A DNA stretch of 64,000 bases from contig CP091722.1 of NCBI GenBank assembly GCA_022009755.1, forward strand, positions 1,092,098 to 1,156,097, in the 5' to 3' direction. The position numbers were made by a program, and so were the translations under genes. Source of the DNA: Oscillospiraceae bacterium (lineage in GTDB: Bacteria > Bacillota > Clostridia > Christensenellales > QALW01). The notes beneath the pieces are model-generated. The model searched no databases, was not told the origin of the DNA, and was given only the letters and a program-made list of their open reading frames with translations. Shown piece after piece: positions 9,584 to 18,766 of the stretch. Positions within the stretch are counted from its first letter, which is position 1. Each line of letters starts with the position of its first letter.

Positions 9584-10582
9584 TCATGCATGCAGTCTTG
9601 CGCTTCCGCCGGAATAATTTACCGTTATCTCCTCCCCCGGAGACAGCACGGTAAAGGCCGAAGCGCGCAGCAGGCGGTTCATTACGGACAGCCCCACCCC
9701 GTCACAGGAGGGCGTGCTGAATATTACAAGCTCCAGCCCCATTTCATCGGCCTGACGCAGACGGGCAAAAAGCTCATGCGCCTGCACCTCCGCCCGTTCG
9801 CCTCCGAAAAGCTCCGCCCTTACGCCGTGAGCCAGCGCGTCCGCAAGCAGCGCCTTGCCGTCTGAACGCGTAAGCACCACTCTTGCCTCCGGGGCATAGT
9901 GCTTATATTTCATGCCGGGCGATGCCACGGCGTCCAAAGTAATGTTTTTAAGCACTGCCTCATGGATATACATATCCGGCAGCACCGCCTTAAGCTGCTC
10001 CGGGGTTATTCCGCCGGGGCGCAGCAGCACGGGGCGCTCCGCAAGGGATATTACCGTGGATTCCACCCCCACGCCGCACTCGCCGCCGTCGATTATCAGC
10101 GGTATCTTCCCGTCAAAATCCGTAAACACATGCTGTGCGCTGGTGGGCGACGGCTTGCCCGAGAGATTGGCGCTGGGCGCTGCAACCGGCCCCGCAAGCG
10201 CTAAAAATTTCTGCGCATCGGGGTGCACCGGAAAGCGCAGCCCCACCGTGTCCAGCCCCGCCGTTACCTCCGGCGGCAGCTGCTTTTTTTTAAGCACCAT
10301 TGTGATGGGCCCCGGCATAAAAGCCTCGTATACTGCCTCGGCATTGTCGTTCCAATAGCCCAGCTCTTTCATCTGCTCCTTTGAGCATACATGCACTATT
10401 AAAGGATTATCGTTGGGTCGGCCCTTTGCGCGGAAAATACTGTTTACCGCCTCGCCGTTCATCGCGTCGGCGCCCAGTCCGTATACCGTTTCCGTGGGGA
10501 AGGCCACAAGTCCGCCTGCGCGGATTATTTCGGCGCCCTTTTCAAGGCTTTCCGGGCAGGCCTTAAGCAGCTGTGTCTTCAT
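9584..10582 (-). CDS. tsaC: L-threonylcarbamoyladenylate synthase (Sua5/YwlC type)
   Basis: YrdC-fold motif FPTETVYGLGADA plus a C-terminal Sua5 domain. ATG 10582 (MKTQLLKA) is preceded by AGGAGG and lies directly after the prfA stop. Confidence 0.85.
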   Translation of the reverse strand: MKTQLLKACPESLEKGAEIIRAGGLVAFPTETVYGLGADAMNGEAVNSIFRAKGRPNDNPLIVHVCSKEQMKELGYWNDNAEAVYEAFMPGPITMVLKKKQLPPEVTAGLDTVGLRFPVHPDAQKFLALAGPVAAPSANLSGKPSPTSAQHVFTDFDGKIPLIIDGGECGVGVESTVISLAERPVLLRPGGITPEQLKAVLPDMYIHEAVLKNITLDAVASPGMKYKHYAPEARVVLTRSDGKALLADALAHGVRAELFGGERAEVQAHELFARLRQADEMGLELVIFSTPSCDGVGLSVMNRLLRASAFTVLSPGEEITVNYSGGSARLHA

Positions 10583-10583
10583 A

Positions 10584-11651
10584 TTATTCCTCCTGTGCCT
10601 CGCCCATTTCTCCCGTGCTTCCGGCAAGCACCAAAGCGGATATCATTTCCTCCATATCGCCGGCAAGGAAGGCCTCCAGCTTATAAAGCGTAAGCCCTAT
10701 ACGGTGGTCCGTCACCCGCCCCTGCGGGAAGTTATAGGTTCTTATGCGCTCCGAGCGGTCGCCGCTGCCTATCTGGCTGCGCCGCTCATCCCCATACTGC
10801 TTCTGCGCCGCCGAGCGATAATAATCCGCCACTCTGGTTTCATGACCTGCATGGCCTTTTCCCTGTTTTTCATCTGACTGCGCTCATCCTGACAGTTTAC
10901 CACAATGCCGGTGGGCACATGTATCATGCGGATGGCGGACTCCGTCTTATTTATGTGCTGCCCGCCCGCGCCGCTGGAGCGGTGAGTTTCTATTATAAGG
11001 TCGCCCGGTGCAATGGTAACATCCACATCCGTAGCCTCCGGCAGCACCGCCACGGTGGCCGCCGAGGTATGTATCCTGCCGCCGCTTTCCGTAGCCGGTA
11101 TACGCTGCACGCGGTGCACTCCGCTTTCATAGCGCAGATTGCGGTACACCTTGGAGCCGCTTATAAGACATTCCGCCTCCTTTATGCCGCCTATATCGGT
11201 CTGGCTTGCGCTTATAACCTCAAAACGCCAGCCCTTTGATTCGGCATACCGGGTGTACATACGCATCAGATCCATGGCAAAAAGCGCCGCTTCCTCGCCG
11301 CCCGTGCCCGCACGCAGCTCCAGAACCACATTCTTGTTATCCTGCGGATCCTCCGGCACAAGCAGCTGCGCAAGCTCCCGCTCCGCCGCCTCAAGGCGGG
11401 GCAGGTTTACCGCAAGCTCCGATGCCGCAAGCTCCCGCAGCTCCGGGTCCTCCCCGTTTTCCAGCTCCCGCGCCTCTTTTACCGACTCCGCCAGTGCTTT
11501 ATAGCCTGCATAGGCCTCCATTATGCCGCTTAAATGCGCATGCTCCCGCGCCAGCGCCTGCCATTTCCTGATCGGCAATTATATCGGGCTGCGCAAGCAT
11601 ATGCTCTAACTCCTCAAACCTGACGCTCATCTCTTCCAGCTTTTCTTCCAT
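10584..11651 (-). CDS. prfA: Peptide chain release factor 1; two apparent frameshifts in this assembly
   Basis: RF1-specific PAT tripeptide ([14 protein letters not shown]), GGQ motif ([13 protein letters not shown]) and C-terminal [24 protein letters not shown]. The N-terminal [29 protein letters not shown] lies in another frame, and that break is at the A3 run 11564-11566. The second break is within 10770-10832. Confidence 0.9.
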
Positions 11652-11711
11652 GCATCTACCTCTTAAACAATACTGAGGGAGCCCTCTCCCTTTTTTCCAA
11701 AATGCCTTCGA

Positions 11712-12569
11712 TTACTTCCTTTTTGCGCTGCAAAAGCGCTTCTGCCCGGAATAATCGCAAAATGTGCGGAAATTCTCAAAGCAGTCCGTATCGTCAAACA
11801 TGCGCTCTATTGCGTCAAACTCAAATTCCTCCGCCTCCAGCGCCAGAAAGCCGCCCTCCTTCAGCCTTTGCGCCGCCTGCGGAATAAGGCGCGCATACAT
11901 TTCCGTGCCCGTTTCTCCGCCGTCCAGCGCCAATCTCGGCTCGTATGAGCGCACCTCCGGCTCAAGGGAGGGGATAACCTTTGAGGGAATATAGGGCGGA
12001 TTGGAAACAATGGCGTCATACTGCCCCTCAACAGAGGAAAACAGATCGCTTCTTACAAAGCTCACCCTGTCCTCCAGACCGCAAAGCGCGCAGTTTTCCG
12101 CCGCCAGCGTCAGCGCCTCCCGGCTTATATCCGCGCCCACTGCCCGAACATTGCCCGCCTGCGCCGCAATACCCAACGCCAGCGCGCCGCTGCCGGTGCA
12201 CATATCCAGCAGTAAAACGGGTCTTTTTTCGCCGTACGCCCTTTTTATCTCCTGCACGCAGTATTCCCCCAGCAGCTCGGTTTCCGGCCGCGGAATAAGC
12301 GCGCGTGCATCCGTATGCAGCTCCAGCGACATAAAGCTCTGCGTACCCAGAATGTATTGCAGCGGCTCCCTTTGCGCCCGTCTTGCGCAAAGCCGTTCTG
12401 TTTCTTCGCACTGCTCCTGCGTAAGCACGGCATCCTTTTCAAGGCGCAGGCGCACCCTTCCGAGCCCTGTTACCGCACTGATTATCCATTCGGCATCGGT
12501 GCGTCCCTCCGGCACTGCCGCCCGCTCCAGATATTCGCCTTGCCTTTTTATAACCTCTTCCAGTCTCAT
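11712..12569 (-). CDS. prmC: Release factor glutamine N5-methyltransferase
   Basis: NPPY motif (VSNPPYIP) and SAM site LDMCTGSGALAL. It lies immediately upstream of prfA. Confidence 0.9.
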   Translation of the reverse strand: MRLEEVIKRQGEYLERAAVPEGRTDAEWIISAVTGLGRVRLRLEKDAVLTQEQCEETERLCARRAQREPLQYILGTQSFMSLELHTDARALIPRPETELLGEYCVQEIKRAYGEKRPVLLLDMCTGSGALALGIAAQAGNVRAVGADISREALTLAAENCALCGLEDRVSFVRSDLFSSVEGQYDAIVSNPPYIPSKVIPSLEPEVRSYEPRLALDGGETGTEMYARLIPQAAQRLKEGGFLALEAEEFEFDAIERMFDDTDCFENFRTFCDYSGQKRFCSAKRK

Positions 12570-12633
12570 TGCTCCTCCGCAGCCGCTGCACGGCCGGCAC
12601 GGGCAGCGCGCCCGTGCATATCATACAGAATAC

Positions 12634-12662
12634 ATTATATTCTTTTTGCCGATTTTTTGCAA
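12634..12662 (-). promoter_or_regulatory. Sigma-A type promoter for prmC-prfA-tsaC
   Basis: On the minus strand: TTGCAA (12662-12657), a 17-nt spacer, then TATAAT (12639-12634). Confidence 0.5.
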
Positions 12663-12781
12663 TGGATATTAAAGCCCGCCCGAACAGCCGCCGCGAAACC
12701 GACTCCGCTTCTCCGCCGACATATTTTCACCGCGCAGCACGGATATTTACACCGCGCATTATTAAATATTTCAGATTATTA

Positions 12782-12810
12782 TTGAAAAAACGGGCGCAAA
12801 ATGCTATAAT
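12782..12810 (+). promoter_or_regulatory. Sigma-A type promoter for the larE-like gene
   Basis: TTGAAA (12782-12787), a 17-nt spacer, then TATAAT (12805-12810), about 50 nt upstream of ATG 12864. Confidence 0.5.
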
Positions 12811-12863
12811 GCAGCCAGAGGGTCGTGCCTGCCGGCACCGATTCCGCGAAAGGGGTAGCTGTT

Positions 12864-13638
12864 ATGAAGGATATGGATCGCCTTATGCTCTTTCTTGAGA
12901 AAACCGAGCCTTTTGCCGTAGCCTACTCCGGCGGGCTGGACAGCAGTCTGCTGCTTTGGGCTGCCGCCTCCGTGCGCCCCGGCACTACGGCAATAACATA
13001 TGTCTCTCCCATTCATCCCGTTTGGGAAAAGGACAATGCCTGCGCCTATGCCTCCGCTCTGAAGACACCGCATATTACCGTTACTTCGGACATTCTTGCG
13101 GTGGAGGGGCTGCGGGACAATCTGCCCGGCCGCTGCTATTACTGCCGCCGCGCGCTTTACCGCTGCATAAAAAAAGCGGCGGAGGAACAGGGTCTTCACA
13201 CTGTTATCGAGGGCAGCAATGCCGACGACTATGCTAAACACCCCCGGCACCCGCGCCGCAAGGGAATGCGGCATCATAAGCCCCCTTGCCGAATGCGGCT
13301 TTACCAAGGAGGATGTGCGCCGCCTTGCAAACATTGCCGGCATCCCCGCACGCAACCGCGCAACCTATGCCTGCCTCGCCACCCGGCTTCCCGCCGGCGA
13401 GCGTCTGTCCCCGGACAAGCTGCACATAATAGAGCAGGCCGAGCTGCTGCTGCACAAAAGCGGCTATGACAATATACGGGTGCGCATGCAGGGCTACTGC
13501 GCCCGCATAGAGCTTGAAAAAAACGAGCTTCTGCGCTTTATTCTGGACCCGCACCTGGACGAGCTTCACGCTGCTCTGCTTGCCATGGGCTTTGACCATG
13601 TATCGGTGGACATCGGCGGCTATTCAAAAAGCCTCTGA
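12864..13638 (+). CDS. larE: PP-loop ATP-utilising enzyme, LarE-like sulfur transferase; one apparent frameshift
   Basis: PP-loop SGGLDSS and the conserved Cys motif ATYACLATRLP. Two ORFs (12825..13469 and 13219..13638) join after one frame change near 13220-13260. ATG 12864 is preceded by AAAGGGG. Confidence 0.7.
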
Positions 13639-13714
13639 ATGCAGGGACTTATGACCGCTTTTCACGGCGCACGGCATAAAATTACAAATAACTAAAAGGA
13701 TAATAAAAAAACAT

Positions 13715-14312
13715 ATGGGAAAAACAACTCTTAAGGCCGATACAAAAAACGCCTGGTTCTATGTGGCAGTGCTGCTGTCGGTGCTTCAGGCGGTACAGTA
13801 TACCGGCGCATTTATCGAAAGCCTTTCTTCGGGAACCGCTGCAATAATAGCCGCCGCAATACCGGCAGTGATTTATACTGCTTGCCCTCTCCGTGCTGCT
13901 GGGAGCGCCGCGCGGGCTTAAAAAAACCGCCCTTTCGGTGGGGCTTTTGTGCATATATATGGCGGCGGATGTTTTCGGGCTTATAACGCTTCTGCGAAAT
14001 ACGCTCTCCGGCGGCGGCATATTGGATATTGCCTCCTTTTCCGTTATAAGCGTGCTTAAAGCCGCAGTTGCAATAGGCTATGCCGTGCTGCTTATAGTAT
14101 ATGTGCTTAAATGCTTCGGAAAATTCGATACGCGCCGCCCGCTTATAACCGCGGCCTGCTGCGTGCTTCTGCTTTCCTGGGTGCTTATAGTTCTGCGGCG
14201 AATCGATAACAACAGCACCGTTATAAACGCAATATGCACCGTGGACCTTTCAAATACGCTCCTTAGCGTACCCCTTTGCATAACCGCGCTTACCCTGAGC
14301 CTTAAAAAATAG
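13715..14312 (+). CDS. Hypothetical integral membrane protein; one apparent frameshift
   Basis: ORFs 13715..13921 and 13893..14312 are both strongly hydrophobic and contiguous. No family was recognised. Confidence 0.5.
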
Positions 14313-14390
14313 CTTTGCCTTCTTAGGCTGTTGAACCCTTCACGGGACAACCTTAAACCGGCATACATACACAGTAAAACAGTGGTTAAC

Positions 14391-14421
14391 AAAAGGCTTC
14401 GGATTTTTCCGAAGCTTTTTG
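14391..14421. terminator. Bidirectional intrinsic terminator
   Basis: Stem GCTTCGG (14396-14402) / CCGAAGC (14409-14415), flanked by AAAA and TTTTT. Confidence 0.65.
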
Positions 14422-14451
14422 AATTTGTTATGGGGTTGTCAATAAGTTTTT

Positions 14452-15733
14452 TCAGCTCTTTTTTCCGAATATAACCTTTTCCTGTATGAGCGAAATTACA
14501 TAATGCACGACCATACCGAAGCCGAACATCAGGATGATTGTGTTCATATCAAAGGCAATGGCGTTTGTTAGGTACAGAACATAGAAAACACCGTAATAGC
14601 CGAGGTTGATGATAAGAGAATTGACAGCATTATATTCTGTCCTGCCCAAGCCGATGAAGATATTGTCGATGATGGCACAGCCCGCATACGCGATATAAAA
14701 GGGCGCAAGCTTTATGACGATGGCAAATATCTCCTCTGCATTTCCGAGATTCTGAGCATAACGGAAAAACGGAGTCCATGCGGGAATTGTAACCGCCCAG
14801 AGCACAACGCTTGCGGCGGCAATAAAGTAATAATTGAATTGCCGCAGCTTTTTGTACCCTTCCTTGCAGTCCGAGCGGATTACCTCGGCAAGTGCAGAGA
14901 TCGGAATCAGCAGCCATCCCCAAATGAAATTGTTTGCAATCCAGTAGTTGCCCTGCTGAGCAACCATATTCACCATTTTGCAGACCATAACGGCATAAAT
15001 GAAGTTGTCAACAAATTGCTGCAGCCCCGAAAAAACGCCTGTTTTGCACCATTCGCGGAGCATCGCACCGTCGGATTTTCCGAACCGCCGAAAGCGGATA
15101 TATCCCTGCCTGTAAAGGAGAAGAATACAAGCTATCGAAAGTAATGTGTTTGTAATAATATTGGAAACCGCTGCGCCGCAGACACCGAAATTCGGTATCA
15201 GAAGAAAATCGGCAGCCAGCGACATCGCCGTGCGAATGCCGAGGAAGATGTATACATTTATCCTTGCCGATGATAACAAAAACCACATTGGCAAAACTGA
15301 CAACGATGCCCGTCATAAATGCGGCCGTCTCAAGGCGTAGGTATGCAGAGGCAACCGTCATGTCAATCTCCCCCGAATTCATGGCGCCGATCAGCACCGA
15401 TCCGTAGAGCAGCACACCGACCGAAAAGAGCGTGTACAGAAGAAAAGCACAGAGCCCCGTCTTGAAGGCAGCTCCCGCAAAGTCATCTTTGCGATTTTTG
15501 AAGATTTTGTTAAGAACAGAATACAGAGGTACAATCAGAAATGCCTGCAAAGTTTCGTTGATAAGATCAAACCATTCCATCTGACCGATGATATCAAATA
15601 CATCGGCTTGTCCTCCGGCAGAGATCAGGAAGGTTTTAACCGTTTGATAAATTGCCGGAATAAATGCAAGCGCGCAAAGGGAAAGCCATAGTCGCCAATT
15701 GAACGATTTCAGTTCGGATAGTCTGTTTCTCAT
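14452..15733 (-). CDS. MATE/MOP-superfamily transporter; one apparent frameshift; low GC relative to neighbours
   Basis: ORFs 15733-15008 and 15303-14452 are polytopic and contiguous, with 12 predicted helices in total and a MATE-like N-terminus. Hand-counted GC of 14461-14580 is about 40 percent, against about 68 percent for 11281-11340. Confidence 0.7.
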
Positions 15734-15950
15734 AGTTTTTCCTTGTACAAGCCTCGCACACTAACACTACATTTGAATTTTTGCAATACCGTATGCCCCA
15801 ACGAAAAGCGGGGGGTTCCTCTTTTCAATGAAATGCCGCTTGCAACGGCACATCATATATGGGATAAGAGGTTGTACAATTACATTATAGCACAAAGCGA
15901 TATATTTTTCAAAAACAAGCAAAATGCAAGGGTAAAAACCGGCACGCAAT

Positions 15951-15990
15951 AAAAATCCCGGCAGTCGCTCCGCCGGGATCTCTTTATTTT
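15951..15990. terminator. Intrinsic terminator downstream of trpS
   Basis: Stem ATCCCGGC (15955-15962) / GCCGGGAT (15972-15979). On the minus strand it is followed by TTTTT (complement of 15951-15955). Confidence 0.6.
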
Positions 15991-16029
15991 AGTTTATGCT
16001 CCGCTATGTCCTTTTGGTATACACGCCCC

Positions 16030-17038
16030 TTACAGCTTGCGCGGCGCAAGCCCCATCCTCTTTTGAGCCTTCCACAGCGTGCGGTTTGCAACATATGCCG
16101 CCTTTTCCGCACCGGAACGGAAGACACCTTCAAGATATGCCTTGTCCGCCAGCAGCTCCTTCTGCCGCGCCTGTATGGGCGCCAACAGCTCGGCCACGGC
16201 GCAGCCCACCGCTTCCTTGAACTCGCCGTATCCGCTGCCTGCAAACTCCTTTTCCACCTGAGTGGGAGTTATTTCCCTGCAGGCAGCATATATGTCTATA
16301 AGGTTGGATATTCCCGGCTTATCCTGAGAATACACGATGCCGCTGCCGGAATCGGTTACGGCGCGGCGCAGCTTTCTTATAATTACATCCTTCGTGTCCG
16401 CCATGGATATATATGCGTTGACATTTTCATCCGATTTGCTCATTTTTTTATTGGGCTCCTGCAGGCTCATTATGCGCGCGCCTATCGGAGGTATATATGC
16501 CTCCGGCACCGTAAAGGTATCGCCGTAGGTGTTGTTAAAGCGAATGGCAAGGTCGCGCGTAAGCTCCAGATGCTGCTTCTGATCGCTGCCTATCGGCACA
16601 AGATCGGTATTGTAAAGCAGTATATCCGCCGCCATAAGCGTAGGATAGGTAAGCAGGCCCGCGCCTATATTGCCGCCCTGCTTTGCGCTCTTATCCTTAA
16701 ACTGCGTCATGCGGGAAAGCTCACCCATATAAGATACGCAGGTAAGCATCCAGCCAAGCTCCGCGTGTGCGCTCACCTGAGACTGAAATACATAACATTT
16801 TTCTCCGGGTCCAAGCCGCAGGCAATGTACAGCGCCAACAGCTCAAGGCATCTCTTGCGCAGAAGGGTCGGATCCTGTCTTACCGTTATAGCATGCAGAT
16901 CCACCACGCAGTAATAGGTATTGTATTCCTCCTGGAGTTTGACAAAATTCCGAAGCGCTCCCAGATAGTTTCCTATCGTAAGAGTGCCGGACGGCTGAAT
17001 GCCGCTGAAATTGTCTTTTTCCCGCTCCCTGCTTCCAT
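16030..17038 (-). CDS. trpS: Tryptophan--tRNA ligase; two apparent frameshifts
   Basis: Class-I signature region [18 protein letters not shown] and KMSKS (KKMSKS). One break is at the homopolymer 16786-16788 (NVMYF|[12 protein letters not shown] is restored by one extra T). ATG 17038, preceded by AAAGGAG, is out of frame with the body, which implies a second indel at 17000-17030. Confidence 0.9.
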
Positions 17039-17097
17039 ATTTTTCTCCTTTGTAAAAGCACGCCCAAGGCGTGCCTGTTATAATAATTATTTGTGAT

Positions 17098-17126
17098 ATT
17101 ATACCGCTGTATCGCCGTTTTTTCAA
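17098..17126 (-). promoter_or_regulatory. Sigma-A type promoter for trpS
   Basis: On the minus strand: TTGAAA (17126-17121), a 17-nt spacer, then TATAAT (17103-17098). Confidence 0.55.
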
Positions 17127-17136
17127 GCGGATTTTT

Positions 17137-18628
17137 CTACCCCAGTATCACGCCCTCCGGCACCGTCCACAGCGTTTCTCCGTTTCGTATAAACACCAAA
17201 TCGCCCTTTTCCGTATACGCCGCAATTTCATGCATATCCGCCCCCGATATCCGCACCTCTCTTGAAGCGTCCGCACCGTAAAGCACCGGCTCGCCCTCAA
17301 AGACCAACACATATTTTCCCTCTCTGTAAAAATACGCCGCAAGGCTTCCGTAGCCGACATATATCGGATTAAGCAGGTACATTAAGCCCGCCGCCCCCAG
17401 CGGCTCCGCTCCGTTTGATATATTCTTAACATATCCCGTAACGCCGTTCCCGGAGCTTATAAGCGCGTATAGATTGCTGTCGGCGCAGCATATATATCGC
17501 ACATCATGCCGCTCGCCGTCCGGCCCCGTAACCGTGCTTGCGTTTTGGCTGTAAAACCAGCCGCGTATGCGCCACGCCCTTGCGGGCAGATTGTCGGTAT
17601 CCAGCCTGCTCAGCGTAACCTTCTGCGCAATAATGTTTATCCTGCCAGCTTTCTCCCGCCATTGCGGCATACACGCCGTCCTCTCCCCTGAACAGCACCT
17701 CCGCGGAGCCCTGCACCGGAATATACCCGTCCGTTATTTCCACCTGCAAAACCGACGAATCGGTAAGATACAGCAATTTGTTCCCGGCGACCGTAAAGCC
17801 GTACCAGTAATCCTTGCTGTCACGGGAAGCGTCATACAGCACATACTTTGTTCCTTTTTCGGGAAAGAACATCTGTATGTCAGGCTTCCCGAAGGGCATA
17901 TTTCCCTCGGCATAAAGCGTTGCCGCCATTCCTCTGCTTTCATCCGTCCAAAGCAGCCGTTCCGCGGTACCTATACGCATCGGCACTCCGCTGCCGTTCC
18001 AGTACATCACAATTCCGCTTTTTTTATCACCGTCGTTGCGCAGGTATACCGCGCCGTCCCCCAATATCATAACCTGGCTAACATTCTCGTCTATCTGTCT
18101 GCTGTCCCGGCCGTTTTTATAGCGCAGGCAGTACATACCGTTTTGCTTTACGATATATGCAACCGCTCTGCTCTTTCGGGAAAAGGCCACCGATGATGCC
18201 AGCACATTCGGCTGCGCATTCGTCAGCTCGCCGCTGACATAATGATACAGCGTGCAGAACACCTCTCCGCCGCTTACCGTATAATCCCCCGCAAAATACA
18301 GCTCCTCATCGCCATCCTCCCCGCTTTCAAAATGACGGAACACGCTGTATTCCTCAGCGCCGTAATAAAATGTAAAATCGTCGCAGAACTCACGGCTCGT
18401 CGGCTTGCCGTAGGCATAATAAAGCCCTATAAGCTTTTTTCCGCTTCTGACATACAGCGGAAAAAAGCTCCCCTTTACCCTTTCATCCATACGGTAGTAG
18501 CGTTTTACCTCCGGGCTTTCCGTCTGCGTGGCCTGCCCGGCCGGCGCACAGCCCGCAAGCAGCACCGCCAAAAAAAGTGCGGCGGCGCGAAAAATAAAGC
18601 CGTGCTTTGCCTTTATATTTGTTTTCAT
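17137..18628 (-). CDS. Hypothetical lipoprotein; one apparent frameshift
   Basis: Signal peptide plus lipobox ([14 protein letters not shown]). ORFs 18628-17504 and 17670-17137 are contiguous. The composition is repetitive and Y/G-rich, suggesting a beta-rich extracytoplasmic domain. No family was recognised. Confidence 0.6.
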
Positions 18629-18706
18629 TGCCGCCGCCCTCTTTCCGCTTTTTTATTTTCGGCACTCATTAGGTTGCCTGTGTATGCCCTCTCAAAAAAT
18701 ATACCG

Positions 18707-18766
18707 TTTTTTATGCGTTTTTTAACGCTTTTTTAACGCTTTTTTGCCTGTTTTAATGTGTTTTTT
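18707..18766. repeat. Array of six T-tracts phased at 11 bp
   Basis: T-runs occupy 18707-18712, 18718-18723, 18729-18734, 18740-18745, 18751-18754 and 18761-18766. The core unit AACGCTTTTTT is repeated. Confidence 0.9.

Noticed and set aside
10584-11651. Possibility that the prfA frame breaks represent programmed frameshifting, as in prfB.
   Set aside because: Programmed +1 frameshifting is established for RF2 (prfB), not RF1. The PAT motif identifies this protein as RF1. There are two separate breaks, and the one I resolved (11564-11566) sits in an A-run without an in-frame UGA or an upstream SD-like element. The same kind of break occurs in many unrelated genes in the window.
15734-15950. 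Guanidine/ykkC-type or other known riboswitch in the AT-rich leader of the low-GC MATE gene.
   Set aside because: MATE genes are sometimes riboswitch-controlled, but I could not find the conserved ykkC-like GGGA/ACGR elements or any convincing conserved helices by eye. The possibility is left as an Rfam check under the low-GC finding.
17039-17136. T-box riboswitch upstream of trpS.
   Set aside because: Only about 100 bp of non-coding sequence is available and part of it is the promoter. A T-box leader needs roughly 200 nt or more, and I could not find the conserved T-box sequence or a specifier-loop architecture.
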